In this document: positions 56,217 to 64,000 of the stretch, one piece after another
How positions within the stretch are numbered: position 1 is the stretch's first letter
How the letters are laid out: each line of letters opens with the position of its first letter
Source of the DNA: Minisyncoccota bacterium
Lineage (GTDB): Bacteria > Patescibacteriota > Minisyncoccia > UBA6257 > JAGOQP01
Length of the DNA: 64,000 nt
Assembly: GCA_041661795.1 (NCBI GenBank)
Contig: JBAZTS010000001.1
Span: 124,161 to 188,160 of the forward strand
Direction: 5' to 3'
Program-made: the position numbers and the translations under genes
Notes under the pieces: model-generated
Told to the model about the DNA's origin: nothing
What the model saw: only the letters and a program-made list of their open reading frames with translations
The model's database searches: none

Positions 56217-57446
56217 TTATTTTGTCCTATTAAAATATCTTTTTAAATAAGAAAAATCAACTAACTTAACTAACTTGTTTTTTCTCTCCTTGAATTCAAT
56301 CTTATTGCCGGTTTTTTGACTGATTACTAAACGAACGGGAATCCCAATCAAATCACTTTGAGCAAATTTTTCTCCAGCGCTTTTTTCTTTTCTGTCGTCA
56401 AAAAGAACTTGAGCGCCAAGCTTTTCTAAATCATTATAAATCTTTTTGGCCTTGGGATTATTTCCCAAAACTATCAAGTGAAAATCAAACGGGGCTGTTT
56501 CTTTTGGCCAGATAAGACCCTTGTCGTCGTGAAAAACTTCGGCGATTACACCCATCAATCTGGAGATTCCCATTCCGTAGCATCCCATCAAAACAATTTT
56601 TTCTTTTCCATCTTTGTCTCTGTATTTTAAGGAGAATGGCTCTGAATATTTTGTGTTCAGCTTAAATATGTTTCCCGCTTCAACTCCGGAAAAAATCTCC
56701 AGAGAAGATTTGCATTTTGGACATAAGTCGCCTTTCTTTGATGTGTTTATTTCACTGTTTTGGGCAAAATGACATTTCTTGCAGTAAATAATCTTATCTT
56801 CCCCGGCTTCACAAAAAACCTGGAATTCATGGGAGTATTTTGAGAATGTTCCCCCTGAGGCCTCAACTAATTTAGCATCCAAAGAGAGTCGCTTAAATAT
56901 GGCTTTATAGGCCTTTATGACTTTTTGATAGTATTTATCAAGATCTTTTTCATCTGAATGAAACGAATAGAGGTCTTTCATTATAAATTCCCTACCCCGT
57001 AAAATACCCGATTTAGCCCTAGGCTCATCCCTGAATTTGGTTTGTATCTGATATAAACCAAAGGGCATATCCTTATACGAGAAAAGAGCTTTTTGGGAAA
57101 GAGGCACCACTATTTCTTCATGAGTGGGCCCAAGAGCATATTCTTTTTTGTCACGAGAAGTTATTTTGAATAAAACATCCAAGCCGTCCCATCTTCCCGT
57201 TTTTTCCCAGTTTTCTTTTGGAGTTAGAGCCGGCATCAGGATTTCCTGGCCTCCAATTTTATTCATTTCTTCTTTGACGACGTTTTCAATTTTTTTGAGT
57301 ACCCTAAGACCTAAAGGCAAATATGAATAAACTCCGGCCATCAATTTTTCAATAAACCCCGCCCTGATTAAAATCTTGGCGTTATATGATTCCTCATCTT
57401 TGGGAAATTCTTTTCTTATGAAATTAGGAAGTTGTGATTGCAACAT
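56217..57446 (-). CDS. proS: prolyl-tRNA synthetase (compact form without an editing insertion)
   Basis: Class II motifs (motif 2 FRDE...RGREF, motif 3). N-terminal region typical of ProRS. C-terminal Zn-like CxxC...CxxC cluster. Confidence 0.75.
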   Translation of the reverse strand: MLQSQLPNFIRKEFPKDEESYNAKILIRAGFIEKLMAGVYSYLPLGLRVLKKIENVVKEEMNKIGGQEILMPALTPKENWEKTGRWDGLDVLFKITSRDKKEYALGPTHEEIVVPLSQKALFSYKDMPFGLYQIQTKFRDEPRAKSGILRGREFIMKDLYSFHSDEKDLDKYYQKVIKAYKAIFKRLSLDAKLVEASGGTFSKYSHEFQVFCEAGEDKIIYCKKCHFAQNSEINTSKKGDLCPKCKSSLEIFSGVEAGNIFKLNTKYSEPFSLKYRDKDGKEKIVLMGCYGMGISRLMGVIAEVFHDDKGLIWPKETAPFDFHLIVLGNNPKAKKIYNDLEKLGAQVLFDDRKEKSAGEKFAQSDLIGIPVRLVISQKTGNKIEFKERKNKLVKLVDFSYLKRYFNRTK

Positions 57447-57451
57447 AATTT

Positions 57452-58621
57452 TTAAAAAAACTTTCTAATATCTTGAATACTTATAAATATAATCAATAAT
57501 ATCAAAAGAGCAAAACCGATTCCGTTAACAATTTGCTGGAAAGAGGCGCTTATCGGTTTGCCTTTTATTTTTTCAGCCGTCAACATTACTAATCTTCCTC
57601 CATCTAAAGCAGGAAAAGGAAATATGTTTATAGCTGCCAGATTAATGGATATTAGAGCCACCAAATTAAGCAAAGAAAGAATTCCCCAGGAAGCGGCCTG
57701 AGAGGTAACCTTAAATATTCCAATCGGTCCCGAGACCTGAGAGAACAAGTCCCCTCCGGAAAATATGCTGGCAATAAGCTTAAAGAGCATAACGTATATA
57801 AAAACAAACATTCCCGCGGCCGACTTTAACGACTCCCAGATAGCTTGAAAAAATGGCATTTTACCAATTCCGGCAACTCCCAGCTCAACTCCGGTAGCCC
57901 CTTGACCGGCAGGAACTTCTATTCTTGGGATAACTTTTATTTCTTTTTTATCTCCCCCTCTTTCAATAAAGAAAGTTATTTCTTTTCCTTTGTTTTGAGA
58001 AACAAAAGAAACAAAACTTTCCACATCGCTAAAATCCAATATTTTGTCTCCGGATATTACTCCCGATTTTTCCGCCGGAGAATTAGAAGCAACATTTAAA
58101 ACCAAAAGTGATTTTTCAACCCCAAAACTAAAAACGATAGCCAGCAAAATCCATCCAAAAATAAAGTTCATAATCACACCAGCCATCAAAACCAAAGTTT
58201 TTTTCCAAAATGGTTTTTGATGAAAAAATCTTCCTTGGAGAGATTCTTCTTTATTGGGGAAGAACTTTTCTTCTATAAATATGTCTTTTTCGTAGATCTC
58301 ACCTTGAGTGGTTATTTTTATTTCTCTTTCTTCTATTGAAATATCGGTTTCTGAACTGTTGTTTTTACTATCCGCTATACGCTCTGTGCTATCCGCTGTT
58401 TCGTTGTCTTCCCCAGCAATTTTAACAAACCCCCCCAAAGGAATGGCATTTATACTCCAAACGGTTTCTCCTTTTTTCCATGAAAATAATCTGGGAGGAA
58501 ATCCAAATCCAAATTCCTCAACATACATCCCAGATTTTTTGGCAACTAAATAATGTCCAAATTCATGAACCAAAACCAAAACCGCCAGGACCGCTATAAA
58601 AATTATAATATCAACTATCAT
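57452..58621 (-). CDS. rseP: site-2 protease RseP (M50 zinc metalloprotease) with PDZ domain
   Basis: HEFGH zinc-binding motif in the first TM helix. Central PDZ. C-terminal LDGG motif. 389 aa. Confidence 0.8.
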   Translation of the reverse strand: MIVDIIIFIAVLAVLVLVHEFGHYLVAKKSGMYVEEFGFGFPPRLFSWKKGETVWSINAIPLGGFVKIAGEDNETADSTERIADSKNNSSETDISIEEREIKITTQGEIYEKDIFIEEKFFPNKEESLQGRFFHQKPFWKKTLVLMAGVIMNFIFGWILLAIVFSFGVEKSLLVLNVASNSPAEKSGVISGDKILDFSDVESFVSFVSQNKGKEITFFIERGGDKKEIKVIPRIEVPAGQGATGVELGVAGIGKMPFFQAIWESLKSAAGMFVFIYVMLFKLIASIFSGGDLFSQVSGPIGIFKVTSQAASWGILSLLNLVALISINLAAINIFPFPALDGGRLVMLTAEKIKGKPISASFQQIVNGIGFALLILLIIFISIQDIRKFF

Positions 58622-58629
58622 ATATAAGA

Positions 58630-59175
58630 TTATTCGTTTATCTCAACTATTTTCTTTTCCAAAATTTCGTCTATCTCTTTATTAAATTTATCTATATCTT
58701 TTTGAATATCTTCTGAAATTTTAAACCTCTCGTCCTCGGTTATTCCTCCTTCTTTTTCCTGATCACTCATCTTTTTCTTTATGTCATCGCGGGCATTTCT
58801 TGATTTTATTCTGGTATCTTCCGTTTTAGCTTTAATCATTTTTATAATCTCATCCTTCCTTTCTTGAGTTAAAGAAGGAAGATTGACGTGAACAGTGTTG
58901 CCATCCGGAGAAGCAGACAGATTAAGAGCGTTAGAAACGGCTTTAGCAATCGCATTTACTGCTGAAGCATCCCAAACGGTTATTTGTATCTCTCTTGGTA
59001 AAACAACCGAAATTGACCCCATCTGCTTAATGGGAAGTTTTTGACCGTAATACTCTACTGTAATATCCTCAACCAAAGCAGGGGTAGGACGAGATCCTCT
59101 AACAGAAGAAACTTCTGTTTTAAAAAAAACCTTTATTTCTTCTAGTTTTTTTGAAAGCTCCTGTAATATGTCCAT
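58630..59175 (-). CDS. frr: ribosome recycling factor
   Basis: RRF family sequence (VRGSRPTPALVEDITVEYYG..., coiled C-terminus). 181 aa. Confidence 0.85.
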   Translation of the reverse strand: MDILQELSKKLEEIKVFFKTEVSSVRGSRPTPALVEDITVEYYGQKLPIKQMGSISVVLPREIQITVWDASAVNAIAKAVSNALNLSASPDGNTVHVNLPSLTQERKDEIIKMIKAKTEDTRIKSRNARDDIKKKMSDQEKEGGITEDERFKISEDIQKDIDKFNKEIDEILEKKIVEINE

Positions 59176-59254
59176 ATTTGATGGACATATAATAACTTAT
59201 TTAAAAAACTAAATAAAGCACTTTTAGTTTCAGAAAAAATTTTAGAACACGGGT

Positions 59255-59380
59255 ATTTTTCTGCTAAAAAATCCCTGCCTGACGGCAGGCAGGCCTCTAG
59301 CTCAGCCCGCCGGCTTCCGCATGGCCCCAAAACCTTTTCCGAAACTAAAACCATGCGGCCGATTGGGACACATGGTTTTA
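59255..59380. other. GC-rich structured intergenic element (nested hairpins CCTGCC-TGAC-GGCAGG and CCGCATGG...CCATGCGG, plus AAAACCATG-N15-CATGGTTTT)
   Basis: Seen in sequence. Local GC is much higher than the flanking AT-rich DNA. The overlapping 70-aa track ORF has no support. Confidence 0.4.
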
Positions 59381-59420
59381 ATTGTTGTATATTCGAAAAT
59401 AATCAGAAATCTACTAAAAT

Positions 59421-60476
59421 TTACATTGACATTATGATTCTCTGATTAACAAAGTAGAAAGAAGAAATCTTAAATGAATTTCCAAGATCGTCAATCTTCC
59501 AGTTTTTTCCACCATCGGAACTGGTAAACATCTTTTTGTCCGAAACAACGTAAATTTTACCGTTGTTTAATCCCATGGCGTCTATGGTTTTCTTCTGAAT
59601 GGGAATTTCTTTCATAAGAGAATAGTTTCCTCCTCCATCTAAGCTTTTAAAAATACCCTCTTCGTTAAGAACATACATAATCCCATTTGAATCAAATTGT
59701 AAAAGAGAAACTTTTGGTGAAGAAAAGAATCCTCCGCCCGGTAAGTTTATTTTTTCAAATTTTCCTTCCAAGCTTTGACTCTTTCCGATATTTCCAGATT
59801 TGAAAAGAAGATAAAATCCAAGTCCATTTGGCTTGTAAATTTTAAGAACTGGAGAAGAAAAAACATTAACCACTCTGGATTGTCCGTTCTTAAGATTTAA
59901 GTGAATAATCTGACCGTTAGAAACAGCCAAATATAAGCTATTACCTTGCTGATACATGTCATAAACTGCTTCATTGTCAAAATCTATAAGTTTTTCAAGA
60001 TGAAAGAAGTAATCATAGGTTCTATAAACGACTCCTCTTCCTCCAGAAAAAACAGATATAAAATAATCCTCTCCATTAGAAGAAGCTGGTAATATCTTAA
60101 AGATTATTGAAGAAGCGTTAATTTCGTAATTAGAAGATGTGAAGCTATTCCAGGTGAGTCCTCCGTCACGACTGATAAAAAGCCCTTGGTCGGTAGAGGC
60201 GTACATCAAATTTTCTTTAGGATATCCGTCTATGTCAAAAACTTTAATATCATTGTTTTTGTTTAAAACCGCCTTGTGAATATTTTTAAAATCGTCATAA
60301 GAAACCAAAAACTGTCCGACCCCATCGGACCAGTTGGTTTCGGCAGCAGCGAAAACAGAGGCAAAAAGTCCATTGCCGTTAGAAATCCCCAGAGCGCTGT
60401 TATTTCCAGAAAGTCCAAAAAAAATTCCAACAACAGCCACTATTATTAAAACTAAGAACATGATGTTATCTGACAT
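59421..60476 (-). CDS. membrane-anchored BNR/Asp-box repeat beta-propeller protein
   Basis: N-terminal TM helix. Repeated S-x-D-G-G-x-T/N-W Asp-box motifs (SRDGGLTW, SLDGGGNY, SSDGGKNW). Confidence 0.55.
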   Translation of the reverse strand: MSDNIMFLVLIIVAVVGIFFGLSGNNSALGISNGNGLFASVFAAAETNWSDGVGQFLVSYDDFKNIHKAVLNKNNDIKVFDIDGYPKENLMYASTDQGLFISRDGGLTWNSFTSSNYEINASSIIFKILPASSNGEDYFISVFSGGRGVVYRTYDYFFHLEKLIDFDNEAVYDMYQQGNSLYLAVSNGQIIHLNLKNGQSRVVNVFSSPVLKIYKPNGLGFYLLFKSGNIGKSQSLEGKFEKINLPGGGFFSSPKVSLLQFDSNGIMYVLNEEGIFKSLDGGGNYSLMKEIPIQKKTIDAMGLNNGKIYVVSDKKMFTSSDGGKNWKIDDLGNSFKISSFYFVNQRIIMSM

Positions 60477-61336
60477 AGTAATTTTTTTATGTGAATTCTT
60501 TTATTAATGGTAAGCAGATTGAAATTTACAAAAAAGTTGCAAATTTCTTTTAGCGCCTCTAAATTTTTAACTTTATCCTTGGATAATATTAAAATTAATT
60601 CTTCTAATAAACTTTCTATATTCTTTGGATTTTTATCCACAAAAAGAATAATTTTCTCGGCTAACATATCCAGATTATAAGGAGTCAATTTAGTTCTTGA
60701 AATCTCGTTTGCAAGTTCCAAGGCCTTTTCTCTGTCCTTATCTCCCTTAGCAATCCTTATAGCTCTTCCTAATCTACCTAAAGATCTGGAAACAGCTAAT
60801 TTAACCTTACTTTGGTCCATTATACCATATTTATTCAGAAAGTCAAGTATAGAGATCTCGGGTAAGGAAGGGAAGAAAACGTTCAGAAATCTTGAGGAAA
60901 CGGTGGGCAAAAAGACCGATTGGTCTTTGGCAATGGCTATTATTACCCCCGTTTTTGGCGGTTCTTCTAATATCTTAAGCAAAGCGTTTTGGGCCTGATC
61001 AGTTAGCCATTCAGCGTCTCTTATGATAGCCATCCTGTAGGCAGAGGATATGGGTGTCTGATATAAAAACCTTTCCACTTCCCTAACCTTCTCTATACCT
61101 AAACTTTCTTTGGATTCATCACTATCTTTCTCAATTTCTTCTAAATCAACAATAATCGTTTCTTGAAATATTTTTTTCGGTTCTTCAAATTTATGATTTT
61201 CAAGATAATTGGCTAAACTTTTGGCAAAAAGAAATTTACCCAGTTCTCTTTCTCCAAAAAAAAGATAGGCATGGGAAAGTTTTTTTTCATCTGCCAAGCG
61301 TTTGAAGTCAGATATTAAAGAATCGTATCCGTACAT
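60452..61336 (-). CDS. holB: DNA polymerase III delta-prime subunit-like AAA+ clamp-loader protein
   Basis: AAA+ Walker A-like GERELGKF. Sensor motifs. SRF-like SRFLNVFF corresponds to the clamp-loader SRC/T motif region. 294 aa. Confidence 0.65.
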   Translation of the reverse strand: MYGYDSLISDFKRLADEKKLSHAYLFFGERELGKFLFAKSLANYLENHKFEEPKKIFQETIIVDLEEIEKDSDESKESLGIEKVREVERFLYQTPISSAYRMAIIRDAEWLTDQAQNALLKILEEPPKTGVIIAIAKDQSVFLPTVSSRFLNVFFPSLPEISILDFLNKYGIMDQSKVKLAVSRSLGRLGRAIRIAKGDKDREKALELANEISRTKLTPYNLDMLAEKIILFVDKNPKNIESLLEELILILSKDKVKNLEALKEICNFFVNFNLLTINKRIHIKKLLCQITSCS

Positions 61337-61339
61337 TGA

Positions 61340-62350
61340 TTACTTTTTATTCAAAAGAGTTCTCTTATATACATCCAAATGATTTAAAATAAGCCCGGTT
61401 CCTTTGGCAACACAAAATAGGGGCTCCTCGGCAACATAAGAATTGACCCCTAAAGTTCTTTTAAAAAAAGCCGGCAGATTATCTATTTGAGCTCCTCCGC
61501 CAGAGATTATTATTCCTTTTTCCATAATATCGGCAACAAGCTCCGGAGGCGTTTCGTTAAAAACTCTTTGTATGGCAGAAGATATTTCCATCAAGTGAGG
61601 ATGAAGAGCCTCTGCGATTTCATTTGATGTAATAACCAAATCTTTTGGAAGCCCGGAAGAAACGTCTCTTCCTCTGATTTGATAGTCCTTTTTAGAACGA
61701 GTGGAAATAGCTGAGCTTATGGCAATTTTTACATTTTCAGCTGTCTGTTCTCCTATAAATAGTCCGTATTTTCTTTTTATATATTCGGATATGGCCTGAT
61801 CAAATCTGTTTCCGGCTATTCTTAAACTAGCCCAAGAAACTATTCCTCCCAAAGAAACAACAGCCACTTCTGAAGTTCCTCCTCCTATATTTACAATCAT
61901 ATTTCCAGAATGCGAGTTTATGGGAATTCCGGCTCCCAGAGCCGCCAAAATTGGCTCTTTTACCGTATGAGCTTCTTTGGCTCCCGCTTCTAAAGCAGCC
62001 CCAATAACAGCCCTTTTTTCCGTTTGAGTAATCCCGGCAGGAACCGAGATAACAACATCCGGTTTAATAAATAAATTAAAAGAACCAACCGCTTTGGAAA
62101 TAAAATATTTTAATAGAGCTTTAGTTATATAGTAGTCGGCAATAACTCCGTCTTTTAAGGGTTTATAAGGAACAATATCAGAAGGAGTTTTTCCTATCAT
62201 GTCTTTGGCTTCTTTTCCAACGGCAATTACTTTGTTTTCAGGAAGTCCCAAAGCCACCATAGTCGGTTCGTTAATAACAAAACCTTTTCCAGGAACAAAA
62301 ACAACGGTATTAACGGTTCCTAAATCTATTCCGATTTTAGTTGTAAACAT
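61340..62350 (-). CDS. MreB-like actin homolog (second paralog)
   Basis: IGIDLGTVNTVVF... and the nucleotide-binding NIGGGTSEVAV motif. About 45% identical to the MreB at 55173..56213 by eye. The start is taken as the internal MFTTKIGIDLGT. Confidence 0.8.
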   Translation of the reverse strand: MFTTKIGIDLGTVNTVVFVPGKGFVINEPTMVALGLPENKVIAVGKEAKDMIGKTPSDIVPYKPLKDGVIADYYITKALLKYFISKAVGSFNLFIKPDVVISVPAGITQTEKRAVIGAALEAGAKEAHTVKEPILAALGAGIPINSHSGNMIVNIGGGTSEVAVVSLGGIVSWASLRIAGNRFDQAISEYIKRKYGLFIGEQTAENVKIAISSAISTRSKKDYQIRGRDVSSGLPKDLVITSNEIAEALHPHLMEISSAIQRVFNETPPELVADIMEKGIIISGGGAQIDNLPAFFKRTLGVNSYVAEEPLFCVAKGTGLILNHLDVYKRTLLNKK

Positions 62351-62397
62351 AATCTGTGTCAGATTTATGTTAGTGCTTTTACCTAAAATATGCAAAT

Positions 62398-63693
62398 TTA
62401 TCTAGTTGCGTTGTATAAAGCTTTGGCTTCTGCGGCAGAGATCGCTCTGTTATAAATATGAACATCATCTATATACCCATCAAATGTCCTGGTGGGAGTT
62501 GACATATTTCCTATGGCTAGACTTGACCCGGCATCAGATACCCGGCTACCAGCTCCGTTAGTTGCAGAAAGAACAGCTAAATTGCCATTAATATAATGAA
62601 TAACATTTCCAGAACAGGTGTCAGAACCATTCCATGTAATTACAAAATGGTTCCATTGATTTAATGGCGTTCCGGAACTAACAGCACAAGAAAGATTTGT
62701 GGACGAATAATCAACTGCAAAATTAATTGTTCCCGCAGCATTTATTGTTACAGTATAACCATTCACAATCGCGCTACTGGTTGTTTTGTCCAATACTCTG
62801 CCTAAAGTTTGCCCACCGCTTTTTGGATAAACCCAAGCAGAAAGAGTCATTGCCGAAAGATCATCTAAAGAACTATCCGAACCAACATTTACAACATCGT
62901 CTATTTTATCAAAAGAAACGGCGCCTCCGACTTTTCCTTGTACCCAAGTCATTCCCGTTCCATTGACATTTCCAGCCGTTCCACTATTAACAGTGCCTGA
63001 AGAATTTTCCAAGCCGGACGTTGAACTATTTGCTATTGACCCTGATGTTCCTCCGTCAAACTTCCAGTATCCTACAAGACCAGTATCTTTTATCGGACTT
63101 ATGGTCTTGTCTGTTCCAATTTCATACATGGAATATGAATCCCCTCCATCAGAGGATACTCTGTCTTTATCTCCTGATAATCTGTATTTATTGGATTCTA
63201 AGATAGTATTTATTTCCCAGGAACCTCCGGGTGTATATGTATAATAAAGTCCATCTGTAGGGGTGTTGGTAGGATCTATGGGTAAAGCAGAGAGTTGAAC
63301 AATAGATTGAGTAGTAAAGTTGACAGGAACCCAACCTGTACCATCTGTTTTGGTGAGATTAGCTGTAGAGACACAGTTATATGTATATCCTGAGGGGAGA
63401 TTGGGTAATCCTAAGGTTCCACAGGTAGAAGAAGCATCATCTGGTATGGAGATATAGACAGTAAGAGAGGTTCCAAAGGATATGGTAGGATCTATAGCTT
63501 CTAGGTTCTGGAGGGAGTTGTTTAAGAGGGAGAGGTCGTTTAACCTACGAGAGTCCCTGGCTTGAGCAAGATAATCAGAAGGATTGAGGATGATAACGAC
63601 TGCTGTAGTAAGGACTGCTAGGATACCTATGACGACGAGGAGTTCTACAAGGGTGAAAGAATTATTTTGTTTTACTAATTTAAATTTTTCCAT
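62398..63693 (-). CDS. prepilin-type N-terminal domain protein with C-terminal LamG domain (mosaic paralog C)
   Basis: MEKFKLVKQNNS|FTLVELLVVIGILAVL. The N-terminal ~200 aa are near-identical to paralog B. LamG C-terminus (GYWKFDGGTSG..., LSAWVYPKS, DDVHIYNRAISAAEAKALYN). Confidence 0.65.
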   Translation of the reverse strand: MEKFKLVKQNNSFTLVELLVVIGILAVLTTAVVIILNPSDYLAQARDSRRLNDLSLLNNSLQNLEAIDPTISFGTSLTVYISIPDDASSTCGTLGLPNLPSGYTYNCVSTANLTKTDGTGWVPVNFTTQSIVQLSALPIDPTNTPTDGLYYTYTPGGSWEINTILESNKYRLSGDKDRVSSDGGDSYSMYEIGTDKTISPIKDTGLVGYWKFDGGTSGSIANSSTSGLENSSGTVNSGTAGNVNGTGMTWVQGKVGGAVSFDKIDDVVNVGSDSSLDDLSAMTLSAWVYPKSGGQTLGRVLDKTTSSAIVNGYTVTINAAGTINFAVDYSSTNLSCAVSSGTPLNQWNHFVITWNGSDTCSGNVIHYINGNLAVLSATNGAGSRVSDAGSSLAIGNMSTPTRTFDGYIDDVHIYNRAISAAEAKALYNATR

Positions 63694-64000
63694 CTTTTGT
63701 CTCTTTCAAATTCATCTTTTGATAGAATCCCCTCTGTTGCTCCGATGCGTTCTATAACAGATGTGGCATTGGCATTGGCCATTCTTAACGCCTCTCTTAT
63801 CTGATTCTTGTTGTAAATTGTGAGTCGTTGGTTGTCGGTCGCTCTGATAATAGCCAAAACAAATCCACTCCCAAAAGCATCTCCCGCTCCCGTTCTATCA
63901 ACAACTTTTTTTTCTTTAAAAATCCCCGACTTATAAACATTTTTTCCATCGGAAACCCACGATCCATTTTTACCATCAGTCATTACAACAATTCCTTTTA
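63675..64000 (-). CDS. PfkB-family carbohydrate kinase (ribokinase-like), C-terminal part; gene continues beyond the window
   Basis: PfkB signature 2 region DRTGAGDAFGSGFV (the DTxGAGD anion hole). The frame is open to the window edge. Confidence 0.6.
   Translation of the reverse strand, partial: KGIVVMTDGKNGSWVSDGKNVYKSGIFKEKKVVDRTGAGDAFGSGFVLAIIRATDNQRLTIYNKNQIREALRMANANATSVIERIGATEGILSKDEFERDKRWKNLN

Noticed and set aside
59142-59354. 70-aa minus-strand ORF upstream of frr
   Set aside because: It overlaps the frr 5' end and the GC-rich hairpin element. Its composition looks like structured RNA rather than protein.

Overview
This 64 kb window is AT-rich (roughly 35% GC by eye), gene-dense bacterial chromosome, mostly encoded on the minus strand. 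Short intergenic spacers, several N-terminally shortened housekeeping proteins (dnaE, thrS, prfA, smc, gyrB), sparse Shine-Dalgarno usage, and a dispersed family of prepilin-like proteins with C-terminal LamG (concanavalin-like) domains all suggest a reduced-genome, possibly episymbiotic lineage such as Candidate Phyla Radiation/Patescibacteria. That taxonomic call is inference only. TGA is used as a stop codon (rnc, smc), so the standard code 11 applies.

Recognised core genes:
- Translation and RNA processing: pcm, rpmG (L33), tsf, rpsB, trmD, a KH-domain protein, rpsP, rnc, nusB, rpmF (L32), rnhB, thrS, miaA, gatB, rplK, rpmE, prfA, rplY, proS, frr, leuS.
- Replication and chromosome: smc, dnaE, tmk, gyrB, holB.
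- Transcription and secretion: nusG, secE.
- Cell envelope and shape: mrdA, mreD, mreC, two mreB paralogs, rseP, an HtrA-like protease, and a coiled-coil PcsB-like peptidoglycan hydrolase.
- Metabolism: fba, a GalT-like HIT nucleotidyltransferase, and a partial PfkB sugar kinase at the 3' edge.

RNA genes: a 16S rRNA gene on the minus strand (~40985..42530) that is not followed by ITS tRNAs or a 23S gene, and ten tRNAs (Trp, Tyr, Thr x2, His, Arg x2, Phe, Pro, Ser, Ala).

A complete type IV pilus locus lies at ~31.7-40.8 kb: response regulator, pilA, pilB, pilC, two LamG pseudopilins, two small membrane proteins, and a pilM/N fusion.

The most unusual signals are:
1. A family of GC-rich palindromic elements (CCGCC-N3-GGCGGATCCGCC-N3-GGCGG) inserted in frame into at least four unrelated genes (trmD, fba, a hypothetical, PBP2). 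Each copy encodes a GGSASGG-like peptide. Non-coding copies sit next to the 16S 3' end and tRNA-Ala.
2. Tandem GTATACC heptamer repeats in 21-nt frame-preserving blocks at the 5' ends of the pilin-LamG genes and inside rnhB, with a CTCCCAA x3 analogue in leuS.
3. Mosaic, apparently recombining pilin-LamG paralogs.
4. A freestanding LAGLIDADG homing endonuclease abutting tRNA-His, within a tRNA island that shows duplicated tRNA 3' ends (tRNA-Pro and tRNA-Ala).
5. Two ~60% GC islands flanking pcm.
6. A 16S rRNA with an AT-rich expansion in helix 40 and no recognisable anti-SD after helix 45.
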